A stretch of DNA of 64,000 bases, from assembly GCA_035356975.1 (NCBI GenBank), contig DAORGW010000001.1, forward strand, positions 4,951 to 68,950, read 5' to 3'. The notes under the pieces are model-generated. The model made no database searches. It saw only the letters and a program-made list of their open reading frames with translations, and had not been told where the DNA came from. Source of the stretch: a bacterium (GTDB lineage: Bacteria; Patescibacteriota; Patescibacteriia; UBA1558; S5-K13). Both the position numbers and the translations under genes were made by a program. This document shows positions 55,886 to 64,000 of this stretch, piece after piece (the stretch's first letter is position 1; each line of letters opens with the position of its first letter).

Positions 55886-57361
55886 TTATTTTCTATTTAT
55901 GTATTGCTCTTCGTAGTATCTTTGATAATCACCGGATTTTATTTCTCTCCACCATGATTCATTATCTTTGTACCACTGTAGGGCTTGTTTTATCCCATCT
56001 TCAAATTTTATTTTTGGTTCCCAACCAAGTTCATTTTTAATTTTTGAAAAATCAATTGCATAGCGTCTATCATGACCACGTCTATCTGGAACACGTTCTA
56101 TCATTTCCTCTCCTTTTCCAAAATATTCTAATACTAAATTTGTTATCTCTAGGTTTGTTTTTTCACTATCACCTCCAACACAATATGTTTCTCCTATTTT
56201 TCCGTTGTGTAATATTGTATCAACGGCATTTGAGTGATCATCAACATGAATCCAATCTCGAATATTTAAGCCATCTCCGTATAGAGGAACTTTTTTACCC
56301 TCGATTAAATTTGTTGCGAAAAGTGGGATTAATTTTTCAGGAAATTGATATGGTCCATAGTTATTTGAACAATTTGAAATAGTAATAGGAAGTCCAAATG
56401 TATGAAAATAGGCTCTTACTAGATGATCTGATGCTGCCTTTGAAGAAGAATACGGACTTCTTGGATCATATGTTGTGTTTTCTGTGAATTTTCCTGTTGG
56501 CCCCAAGGCACCAAAAACTTCATCAGTTGAAATATGATGAAATTTTTTTATACCAAGTTCATTTGCTATGCGAAGTAATACATTTGTGCCTAGTATATTT
56601 GTTCTTATAAAGGTATCCGGATCCATAATGGATCTATCAACATGAGATTCTGCCGCAAAATGTACCACCCAATCACACCCAGTCATCGCTGTTTTTACTA
56701 TTTCCTCATCACAAATATCTCCCTTTATAAAAGTGTAATTCGGATTATTTTTTAATAATTCTAGGTTTTTTAAATTTCCAGCATAAGTTAATTTATCAAG
56801 ATTTATAATTTTATAATCTGGATATTTATTTAGCATATAATAAATAAAATTTGTTCCTATAAATCCAGCTCCACCAGTTACAAGTATTGTTTTTGAAGTT
56901 AATTCTTTTCTTAACTTCATCCAAATTTTTCCAAGTTCATTTCTGCCATCTTTATTCTCTCCCCAACCCCAAAAATCATCATAAGGAGAATCTTCAATTA
57001 TTAATTTATGGCCAGTTTGTAAAAGTTTGTGTTTTATGTATGGATTTTGTTCTAATTTACATCTTATTATCTCCTCCATCATTTCAACTTTTATATTTTC
57101 CCAATTTTTAGGTATTTTATCTGCATTTTCCCTGGCTAATTTATAGGCATCATGAGCAGATTTTGCATTATAAATTTTTTCTACTAAATCCGGTGCTGTT
57201 TCGAAAAAATGAGAAGCCTGATATGCGTGTTCAGATGTTTGCCACAATTTTCCCCTCCACTCAAGCTGAAAACTTGAAAAATTAGAAAAAACAAAGAATT
57301 CTCTTTCATAAAATCCTATTATATTTCCAGATGTTTCAAGTAATGGGTCTCTAAATTGCAT
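55886..57361 (-). CDS. rfbB: Fusion protein: N-terminal NADAR (YbiA/DUF1768) domain plus C-terminal dTDP-glucose 4,6-dehydratase
   Basis: N-terminal domain FYEREFFVFSNFSSFQLEWRGKLWQTSEHAYQASHF is the NADAR signature. C-terminal domain ILVTGGAGFIGTNFIYYMLNKYPDYKIINLDKLTYAGN is RmlB. Confidence 0.75.
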   Translation of the reverse strand: MQFRDPLLETSGNIIGFYEREFFVFSNFSSFQLEWRGKLWQTSEHAYQASHFFETAPDLVEKIYNAKSAHDAYKLARENADKIPKNWENIKVEMMEEIIRCKLEQNPYIKHKLLQTGHKLIIEDSPYDDFWGWGENKDGRNELGKIWMKLRKELTSKTILVTGGAGFIGTNFIYYMLNKYPDYKIINLDKLTYAGNLKNLELLKNNPNYTFIKGDICDEEIVKTAMTGCDWVVHFAAESHVDRSIMDPDTFIRTNILGTNVLLRIANELGIKKFHHISTDEVFGALGPTGKFTENTTYDPRSPYSSSKAASDHLVRAYFHTFGLPITISNCSNNYGPYQFPEKLIPLFATNLIEGKKVPLYGDGLNIRDWIHVDDHSNAVDTILHNGKIGETYCVGGDSEKTNLEITNLVLEYFGKGEEMIERVPDRRGHDRRYAIDFSKIKNELGWEPKIKFEDGIKQALQWYKDNESWWREIKSGDYQRYYEEQYINRK

Positions 57362-57367
57362 ATATTT

Positions 57368-57778
57368 TTATTTTAAATTTTTAATAATCTCATTATAAGT
57401 TTCCCCTACTTTTGATTTTTCATTTTCATTGGCTTTCCACAATTTTAATCCGTCACCATCAAATCTTTGAACAATATGAAAATGTGTATGCATTATTTCT
57501 TGACCAGCATATTTATCATTGTTAATGTTTATATTAAAACCATCTGATTTTAATATTTTTCTGATTTTTTTTCCTAAATTTTTTGAAACTACAATCATTT
57601 TCTCAAGTATTTCATTATCAGTATTTTCTGTCATATCAAAATGTTTCTTTGGTAATACCAAAACATGACCACGTGATGTTGGATTTATATCAAGAATTGC
57701 AAAAGTAAATTCATCATCATAAATTTTATATGAAGGAATCTCACCATTTATAATTTTACAAAAAATACAATTTTTCAT
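57368..57778 (-). CDS. HIT-family (histidine triad) protein
   Basis: HTHFHIV histidine triad. 136 aa. Confidence 0.85.
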   Translation of the reverse strand: MKNCIFCKIINGEIPSYKIYDDEFTFAILDINPTSRGHVLVLPKKHFDMTENTDNEILEKMIVVSKNLGKKIRKILKSDGFNININNDKYAGQEIMHTHFHIVQRFDGDGLKLWKANENEKSKVGETYNEIIKNLK

Positions 57779-57782
57779 AATT

Positions 57783-58355
57783 TTATTCCCACTCAGGCTT
57801 AAATGTTTTTATAAACCATTTGGTTACTAATGTTAAAATAATTATTGTTATAAAAAATGTAAACCATTCTTTAATATAATTGGGATTAAAAAATTTATCA
57901 TTTATAAATGCTAATATTAGTGATATTGCAATAGCACCCCAGTAATCTGTTGGTAAATTTAATAGCCACTTACTGTGCCAAAAAATATGATCTCCTTTAA
58001 AATCTTTGATTGTAAAATGCGGGTTTATTACAAACCATAAATAATCCCAAGTTATTATAAATATTAAAAAAATACATAATATATTTAATTCCTGAGAAAT
58101 ATTCCATTTTAAATTAAAGAAAAATGATAAATGAAATATTAAAAAAACAAAACTAAATATAAAAAAGTGATAACCTGTTAATTCTTTTCCGCCCATTATT
58201 TTTTTATACAATTTTGAATACCATTTATTTGGATCTGGGCGCCAGGTTGGAATGTTTTTGGCCCAACCATTACCAGCCTCAATTTGCACTTCTAATGCCG
58301 CTAAAACAACAGCCATTACAAATATATACATTGTTCTTATAATTATCACGCTCAT
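57783..58355 (-). CDS. Polytopic membrane protein, hypothetical
   Basis: About 5 TM segments and many Trp residues. Within the rhamnose/glycan operon. Confidence 0.4.
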   Translation of the reverse strand: MSVIIIRTMYIFVMAVVLAALEVQIEAGNGWAKNIPTWRPDPNKWYSKLYKKIMGGKELTGYHFFIFSFVFLIFHLSFFFNLKWNISQELNILCIFLIFIITWDYLWFVINPHFTIKDFKGDHIFWHSKWLLNLPTDYWGAIAISLILAFINDKFFNPNYIKEWFTFFITIIILTLVTKWFIKTFKPEWE

Positions 58356-58371
58356 CTTATTTGATTTTTAT

Positions 58372-58869
58372 TTAATTAATTTTAAATGGTGAATTTTCAA
58401 CCTGTTCCCATCTTATTTCATCAACTTCCTCTGTTTTGCCAGGACCTTTGTATAGTTTATCTGGTAAATTTATTGACCAAGCAGGAACATCTGAAATGCA
58501 TTTATAACCATGTACTATTCCAGGAGGAACAATTACACACATTGGGTTGATTTCCCCCACCTTCATTTCAATGTATATTCCGTATGTTTCGCTATCTTTT
58601 CTGTTGTCCCAGAGGCAAAGTGAAAAGTTTCCGGGTCCAGTAAAAACAAAACAATCTGATTGAAATTTATGTTCGTGAGGACCGCGAACTATTCCAGGAT
58701 TTGTTACAGAAACATAAGTCATAACAGGTTTATAAGTATCAAATTGTGAATTTTCATTTTTTGAAATTATATTTTTTATCTCATCTTCTCTGTATACCTC
58801 ACAAAGCCATCCACGATCATCATGATATTTTTCTAGTTTTTTTATAATTAATCCATTAAATAATTCCAT
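58372..58869 (-). CDS. rfbC: dTDP-4-dehydrorhamnose 3,5-epimerase-like cupin
   Basis: DDRGWLCEVYR and GPHEHKFQSDCFVF...VPPGIVHGY fit the RmlC pattern. Confidence 0.55.
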   Translation of the reverse strand: MELFNGLIIKKLEKYHDDRGWLCEVYREDEIKNIISKNENSQFDTYKPVMTYVSVTNPGIVRGPHEHKFQSDCFVFTGPGNFSLCLWDNRKDSETYGIYIEMKVGEINPMCVIVPPGIVHGYKCISDVPAWSINLPDKLYKGPGKTEEVDEIRWEQVENSPFKIN

Positions 58870-59138
58870 AATTTTAGAATTTATATATTATTTATTCTTG
58901 ATTTTTAAGTATATAACTATAATTATTTTTAATCAATAATTGACTAAATAGTCAAAATATTATGTAATTTTTTTAATTTGTGAAACCAATGTTGTGAAAA
59001 TAATTACTCCAAATAAAATTAAGAATAATTTATTGAGGTCAATATAGTTTGAAACAAGCCCGGGCTTTATAAATTCAAAAATAAAAAACACTACATAAGA
59101 AAATGTACAAAAAATTGTAAAATCTAGTAACAATATTT

Positions 59139-60671
59139 TTATTTTATGTGCCATATATTGGGAATTTTATTTACTAAATTATTATAATTTGTTGATATTT
59201 TTTTTAAAATTGGGTCAAGTAGTTTTTTATACGCCTCATGTTTTGAAATTTTTTCATCATTTATTAATTTTACGGAAATATTTTTTATTTTTATGAATCC
59301 TTTGTTGAATTTTAATTTAGGAGAGGAAATTATGAATTTTAAATTTCCGTTTTCTATTTTTGCATCATCTAAATCAAAATACACAGTGTTTTTATACCAA
59401 TTATCTTTTGTTTTTTCAGGTATTTTATATTGAGCAATTAAATATTTTATATCATGTGATTCAGAATAATTTTCTAGATTTATTATTTCTGGATTAAAAT
59501 ACGTGTCTTTTGAAAATGACATAACTCCACGGGTTGAAATTTTTATATCATTTTTTGGAATAATAATTTTTGCCATTTGTGAACCATTTTCAAAATTATA
59601 CCAATTGTGTTGTTTTGTAACAGATAGATTTTTTCCGTTTATAGAAATATTTTGTAGGCCATTTTTATGTGCGGTATAGAATGATAAAGTATTTCCTACA
59701 GCATAAAGCTCGGTTGTTTTAAATCCCAAATTAAAAAATTTATATGCATATTCTGGATTATCACACAAATAAACCACGTCTATTATTGAAAATAGGTTTT
59801 GCGATGTTTTAATGTTTCTTATTATATTGTCATCATTTGTTAAAAATTCTATTTTATACGCACCCTCCTTTAAATTGGGTATTAAAATTGATATATATTT
59901 TGCGTTTTCATCCGCCCCATCTGTTTTTTTATTTGGATCTTCAATCATTTTTGAATAAATTACTTTATTCATGTTGTTGTAAACTTTGATAAATATATTA
60001 TCACTACCATTTGTTCTGTTTATATCATAAACTGTAAATGTAAAATCCAATGGCTCGTCTTTTATGTATGTATAAAATTTTAATTCTCCACGCAAACAAT
60101 TATTTATTTCAATTTGTTTTTGGGATTTTTTATAATCTTTTATATAAAAATGTTCCCCAAGATTAAAATCATGAGCAGCAACTCCATCTAATTTTTGTAG
60201 TTTTTGATAAAAATCATCTATTGATTTAAAATTTTCGTCTTTTTGCCATAAAGTGTTTATTTCATCAGTTAGTGTGGGCCACTTTATATTATTTAATGTT
60301 TCATTATAAAGAGTGTGTATTTTATAGCTCCAACCCTCTTTATTATCCGCATATCCTAGGGAAATTGATTCCTGTTCTCCCGGATCAAATTCAATATTTA
60401 CTTCAGCCCTATTAAAATTTATAGGACTTCTAACCGTGAAATAAACAGGTTCATCATTTATTTCATAGTAATTATCTTTTTTTATAGCACGGTGTTCGGG
60501 GAATATTACAGATATAAAAGGATTTTGTTTGTTTAGACTTGATACAATTTCCAATTTTCCGTCTAGAGTTAGGTCTTTTTGTATTAGATTGTATATAATA
60601 ACAGAAAAAATTCCTAAAAGTATGGCATTAAAAAATATTCTAAAAATTAAAAATTTTGTATTATGTTTCAT
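59139..60671 (-). CDS. Membrane-anchored protein with a large extracytoplasmic domain, hypothetical
   Basis: Single N-terminal TM, then about 480 aa with no recognisable motif. Overlaps the upstream GT-C gene by 11 nt. Confidence 0.4.
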   Translation of the reverse strand: MKHNTKFLIFRIFFNAILLGIFSVIIYNLIQKDLTLDGKLEIVSSLNKQNPFISVIFPEHRAIKKDNYYEINDEPVYFTVRSPINFNRAEVNIEFDPGEQESISLGYADNKEGWSYKIHTLYNETLNNIKWPTLTDEINTLWQKDENFKSIDDFYQKLQKLDGVAAHDFNLGEHFYIKDYKKSQKQIEINNCLRGELKFYTYIKDEPLDFTFTVYDINRTNGSDNIFIKVYNNMNKVIYSKMIEDPNKKTDGADENAKYISILIPNLKEGAYKIEFLTNDDNIIRNIKTSQNLFSIIDVVYLCDNPEYAYKFFNLGFKTTELYAVGNTLSFYTAHKNGLQNISINGKNLSVTKQHNWYNFENGSQMAKIIIPKNDIKISTRGVMSFSKDTYFNPEIINLENYSESHDIKYLIAQYKIPEKTKDNWYKNTVYFDLDDAKIENGNLKFIISSPKLKFNKGFIKIKNISVKLINDEKISKHEAYKKLLDPILKKISTNYNNLVNKIPNIWHIK

Positions 60672-62265
60672 TTGTAAAATTTATTTTATATAAAAAATAT
60701 TCATCACTTATAAAAACCGATTCTAATTCTATATTTTGTTTTGTATTTTTTAATTCCTTTTTATTATCAAAATAATATATAGGAATTTTTAGATCTTTAA
60801 ATTTTTTTAAATTTTCATAATTGTAAATATCATAATCATATAAAAATACGACATTTCTTTCAGGGAATATAAATTTATCAGATCTATTAGTAAATATTAT
60901 TGCATTATCCTCTGTTTTTGTAATAATTAATTTTTTTAAATTATAAAATTTACTAATATTTTTACTTATCATTTTTTCTCCTTCAATTTTAGAATTATAA
61001 ACCATTGAATAGGAAATATTTGCAAATATTGCTATTAAAATGCCTATAATTAGCGCTGTTAATTTGTTGTTTTTTAATTTATTTATTGATATTGCTATTA
61101 GAATATTTGATAAAACAAAAAATATTAATAAGTATCTTATATAGGAACTTCCAACTGTAACAGAATTTATTATTGCCGTATCAGATATTTTCCAACTGCC
61201 GTAGTAAATAAATAAATAGCTGTTTATTAAAAACCATAAAATTATAAATCCAAACTCTTTTTTTGTAATATTTTTTCTTTTTATAAATAAAATTATAATT
61301 CCCAAAAATAATAATAAACAAAAAATCCAGTTTAATTTTAGAAAAAAATTATAGATTACATAAATGATGTTTTTAATATTTATTCCAAATGGAAAAATAA
61401 TATTAATTACTCTTGTTGGTATATTTGTTTTTGTGTTTGATATTTGTGAAGAAACAACGTTTGTATCAATGTTATTGGCATAGGAAAATTCAAAATAAGA
61501 TGAATTGTGTATTTTATTAAAATAAAAGACCGGAATAAATACAAAAATAAATATCAAAAAAGTTAATAGAATTTTATAATTTATTTTTACTTTATAAAAA
61601 ATTAAAATAAGTATTATGCTTAATAAAACCCATAAAAATTCAGAAGTTCTGGTGATAAGTGATAGTCCAAGAAAAAATCCCCATAAGATAAAGTTTATTA
61701 TTTTTTTATTTTGTATTGATAAAATTAAAAAATAATAAGAAATAATTAAAAGTGAAATAAAAAGTATATTATGCATTAAAAGTTTTGATGAAAAATACCA
61801 AAATCCAGGATTTATTAGAGTTAAAATTGAAGAAATTATAGCAATTTTTTTATCAAATAATTTCTTTATTAATAAATAAAGAAAAATTACAGCAATTATT
61901 GAAAAAATAGGAGTTAAGTATTGTATAATCCAGACCCCAAAAATTTTTGCGATTAGACCATAAATTAAAATAAGACCTATAAAACTAATTGGAATTAAAT
62001 TGAAATTATTTACTGCTATACTTCTGGGGTGAATTAAATCAGAAACATTTGAAATTTCATTTGAGCTATAGCTTAATTTTCTAGATATTGAATTATTCTC
62101 AGTAAAATTTTTAATAAAAAAATAATTAGAAGTTTCATCGGGTGAATTAAAAATAGGCGGATTATAATTATTATTAATATTGAAATAATTGTAAAAACAG
62201 AAAAATAGGCCAAGTATAAATATGGCTAAAATAAGCGAAATAATCTGATATTTGCTAAAATTCAT
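60661..62265 (-). CDS. GT-C fold membrane glycosyltransferase (ArnT/PMT-like, GT39/GT83-type)
   Basis: About 12 TM segments. The first loop motif SPDETSNYFF resembles the DE-x-x-Y motif of ArnT/PMT family enzymes. Confidence 0.5.
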   Translation of the reverse strand: MNFSKYQIISLILAIFILGLFFCFYNYFNINNNYNPPIFNSPDETSNYFFIKNFTENNSISRKLSYSSNEISNVSDLIHPRSIAVNNFNLIPISFIGLILIYGLIAKIFGVWIIQYLTPIFSIIAVIFLYLLIKKLFDKKIAIISSILTLINPGFWYFSSKLLMHNILFISLLIISYYFLILSIQNKKIINFILWGFFLGLSLITRTSEFLWVLLSIILILIFYKVKINYKILLTFLIFIFVFIPVFYFNKIHNSSYFEFSYANNIDTNVVSSQISNTKTNIPTRVINIIFPFGINIKNIIYVIYNFFLKLNWIFCLLLFLGIIILFIKRKNITKKEFGFIILWFLINSYLFIYYGSWKISDTAIINSVTVGSSYIRYLLIFFVLSNILIAISINKLKNNKLTALIIGILIAIFANISYSMVYNSKIEGEKMISKNISKFYNLKKLIITKTEDNAIIFTNRSDKFIFPERNVVFLYDYDIYNYENLKKFKDLKIPIYYFDNKKELKNTKQNIELESVFISDEYFLYKINFTNET

Positions 62266-62313
62266 TATTTTTATTATATCATTTAAGTATATATAAAAAA
62301 AGTTAAAGTATTG

Positions 62314-62841
62314 TTATATTTTGTAGAAGTAAAACTTACTATTTCTGAAATTTATAGTTTTTTCTAATTTGATATTTGGTATTGAAAATCTGTAGCTAAT
62401 AATCAATGTATTAATTTTACATTCATTTTTTAATTTTTGACTTAATTTTTCCATTACATCTGGTATGAGATAACAATAAATTATGTCTGCATCTTGTAAA
62501 TTAGTTTTCAGAAAATTTTCACAAACAATTTTTATTTTACTTTTAATGAGCTTAAGTTTTATTTTCGTAAGTAGATATGGTAGAAATGAATATTCTATGC
62601 CAATATATTTTGAATTAGGCAGAATTTTCTCAGCCATTATTAAAAATTTGGCAAATCCACACCCAAGTTCATAAATATTATAGATTTGATTTTTTTCTAT
62701 TTCCCCTAGTATTTTTTTAATAAAAATTTTATTTGTCGAAAAAAGTGGAGCATATCCACGAAATAAAATATTAAAAAATTGAATAACAGAGAATACAAGC
62801 AAAATAAAAACTATTATTAATATTGGTATTGTTAAAATCAT
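62314..62841 (-). CDS. Class I SAM-dependent methyltransferase-like protein
   Basis: YELGCGFAKFL resembles motif I (E/DxGxGxG). N-terminal TM. First gene of the minus-strand glycan operon. Confidence 0.45.
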   Translation of the reverse strand: MILTIPILIIVFILLVFSVIQFFNILFRGYAPLFSTNKIFIKKILGEIEKNQIYNIYELGCGFAKFLIMAEKILPNSKYIGIEYSFLPYLLTKIKLKLIKSKIKIVCENFLKTNLQDADIIYCYLIPDVMEKLSQKLKNECKINTLIISYRFSIPNIKLEKTINFRNSKFYFYKI

Positions 62842-62939
62842 AATGTAAAATTATATTTATATATTCTCATTTTTTTAATTAAAAGTAAATATGAGAATTT
62901 ATTTAAATATGCTATTTTTTGTGTTAAAATAATTGTATC

Positions 62940-64000
62940 ATGACAATCAATTGGAAAACGTATTATATAATTTGTGTTGTGCTGCTTTTAGCCCTAATTT
63001 TTAATTTTTTTTATTTCCAGGGTCAAATTTCATCAATTATAATAGGGGTTTTATATTTTTTGTTTTTTGGGTTATTTTTCGGACATTTATTTTTTAGAAA
63101 ATACAATATACTATCAAAGCTTGTTTTTGGTATAATACTTCTTGTTTCATATATAATGATTTTGGGAGGTATTTTTTATTATTTATGGGGAATTTATAAT
63201 ATTTCAATAGTAATTATTTGTGTTCTCGCCCCTTTATTTTTAGGGTTTTCTCTGATTCACCACCCACTAAAAATCAAGTTTAATATTAAAAAACCAACAT
63301 ATTTATTAATTGTTAAAATAGTACTAGCTATAATTTATTTGATTTTGTTTTATTTTCAAATTAAATATTTATATTCAAAGGGTACAAGTGATTCAATAAA
63401 TACTCCCTGGAAAATTATTTCTAGTAATTTTTTTATATCCTATTTTATAGGAACAGTTGTTTTATTTTTGCTTTTTTTGGTTAGTAAACAAAGAATTTTT
63501 TTAATATTTGCAAGTATTCATTATTTTTTGTCTTTTTCTGTTATTTTATTTATTTATAAGCTTGGTTTTGGTTATGATCCTTATTTACATCAAGCATCTG
63601 AAAAAATGATTTTTAATAATGGAATCTTTTTACCAAAACCTTTTTATTATATAGGTCAGTATAGTTTAGTCGTGTTTTTATCAAAGATTTTTATGTTTCC
63701 CGTTCAATTTTTTGATAAAATTTTACTTCCACTGCTATCCTCAATTTTTTTACCAATAGTTGTGTTTCAATCACTTAAAGACAATTTAAATATAAATAAA
63801 AAAGTAATTTTTTCTTGTGTTTTGATATTTTTAATTATTCCTTTTTCAAATTTTACCTATACTACCCCCCAAGCACTCGCCAATTTACTTACAATAGTTT
63901 TGATATTTTTATCAATTTCTTATGTTAATAGAAAATTATTTAGTATTATACCTCTTTTTATAATTGCAATTTCAATTTGTTTTATTCATCCAATAAGTGG
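62940..64000 (+). CDS. Polytopic membrane protein, 3'-partial (runs off the window). Possibly another GT-C/membrane glycosyltransferase.
   Basis: ATG at 62940, then at least 350 codons with 10 or more hydrophobic segments and no stop before the window end. Divergent from the methyltransferase operon. Confidence 0.4.
   Translation, partial: MTINWKTYYIICVVLLLALIFNFFYFQGQISSIIIGVLYFLFFGLFFGHLFFRKYNILSKLVFGIILLVSYIMILGGIFYYLWGIYNISIVIICVLAPLFLGFSLIHHPLKIKFNIKKPTYLLIVKIVLAIIYLILFYFQIKYLYSKGTSDSINTPWKIISSNFFISYFIGTVVLFLLFLVSKQRIFLIFASIHYFLSFSVILFIYKLGFGYDPYLHQASEKMIFNNGIFLPKPFYYIGQYSLVVFLSKIFMFPVQFFDKILLPLLSSIFLPIVVFQSLKDNLNINKKVIFSCVLIFLIIPFSNFTYTTPQALANLLTIVLIFLSISYVNRKLFSIIPLFIIAISICFIHPIS

Noticed and set aside
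58960-59154. 64-aa hydrophobic ORF between rfbC and the 510-aa gene
   Set aside because: It overlaps the start of the upstream gene by 16 nt and has no RBS. It might be a tiny membrane peptide, but there is no positive evidence.
62842-62939. Inverted repeat ATATTCTCAT...ATGAGAAT in the divergent promoter region
   Set aside because: The long (~20 nt) spacer and AT-rich context make chance occurrence plausible. Noted only as a possible operator.

Overview
This window is AT-rich (roughly 70% A+T by eye), gene-dense, and transcribed almost entirely from the minus strand. Composition, small compact genes, fermentative gene content and repeat content suggest a small-genome fermentative bacterium of the Patescibacteria/CPR type; this is inference only.

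Housekeeping genes recognised: pyrI/pyrB, gatB, argS, serA/serC, gap, an MGMT-domain protein, ndk (with an insertion), a CheY-like receiver, a split comEC, prfB (no programmed frameshift), uppS, an ABC transporter pair, tRNA-Ser(UGA) and tRNA-Gln(UUG), pyrG, rplI, ctpA and murA.

Energy metabolism:
- A 2-oxoacid:ferredoxin oxidoreductase (alpha, beta, gamma) followed by acetate kinase, a PduL phosphotransacylase and a PfkB-family sugar kinase, on one strand.
- A three-gene HndACD/HydABC-like [FeFe] hydrogenase.

Cell envelope and glycan genes:
- At least six GT1/GT2/GT4 glycosyltransferases and an O-antigen-ligase-like membrane protein.
- A dTDP-L-rhamnose cluster (rfbA, rfbD, a NADAR-rfbB fusion, rfbC) with a HIT protein, a GT-C membrane glycosyltransferase and a methyltransferase.

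Unusual items, detailed in the findings:
- A radical-SAM gene with the AmmeMemoRadiSam N-terminal signature, followed by a secreted repeat protein and a weakly Memo/LigB-like gene.
- An operon pairing a catalytically degenerate asparaginase-fold protein with a protein carrying a C-terminal ribbon-helix-helix.
- Two families of short intergenic repeats. One is a hairpin/MITE-like element with TTGTCAT termini. The other is a ~115-bp AT-rich element carrying AATAGTAAAT motifs.
- A GC-rich structured region that may be an ncRNA.
- A frameshifted four-helix-bundle (23S rRNA IVS-type) pseudogene.
- A 7-mer tandem array directly upstream of comEC.
- A strongly basic 57-aa ORF with a perfect Shine-Dalgarno sequence and terminator.
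- A plus-strand orphan gene of visibly higher GC.

Coordinates I derived by hand may be off by 1-2 nt. Reading the printed sequence disagreed with the ORF track by a single base at several homopolymer runs at line boundaries (near 28560, 28860, 29100), so I took CDS coordinates from the supplied ORF track.
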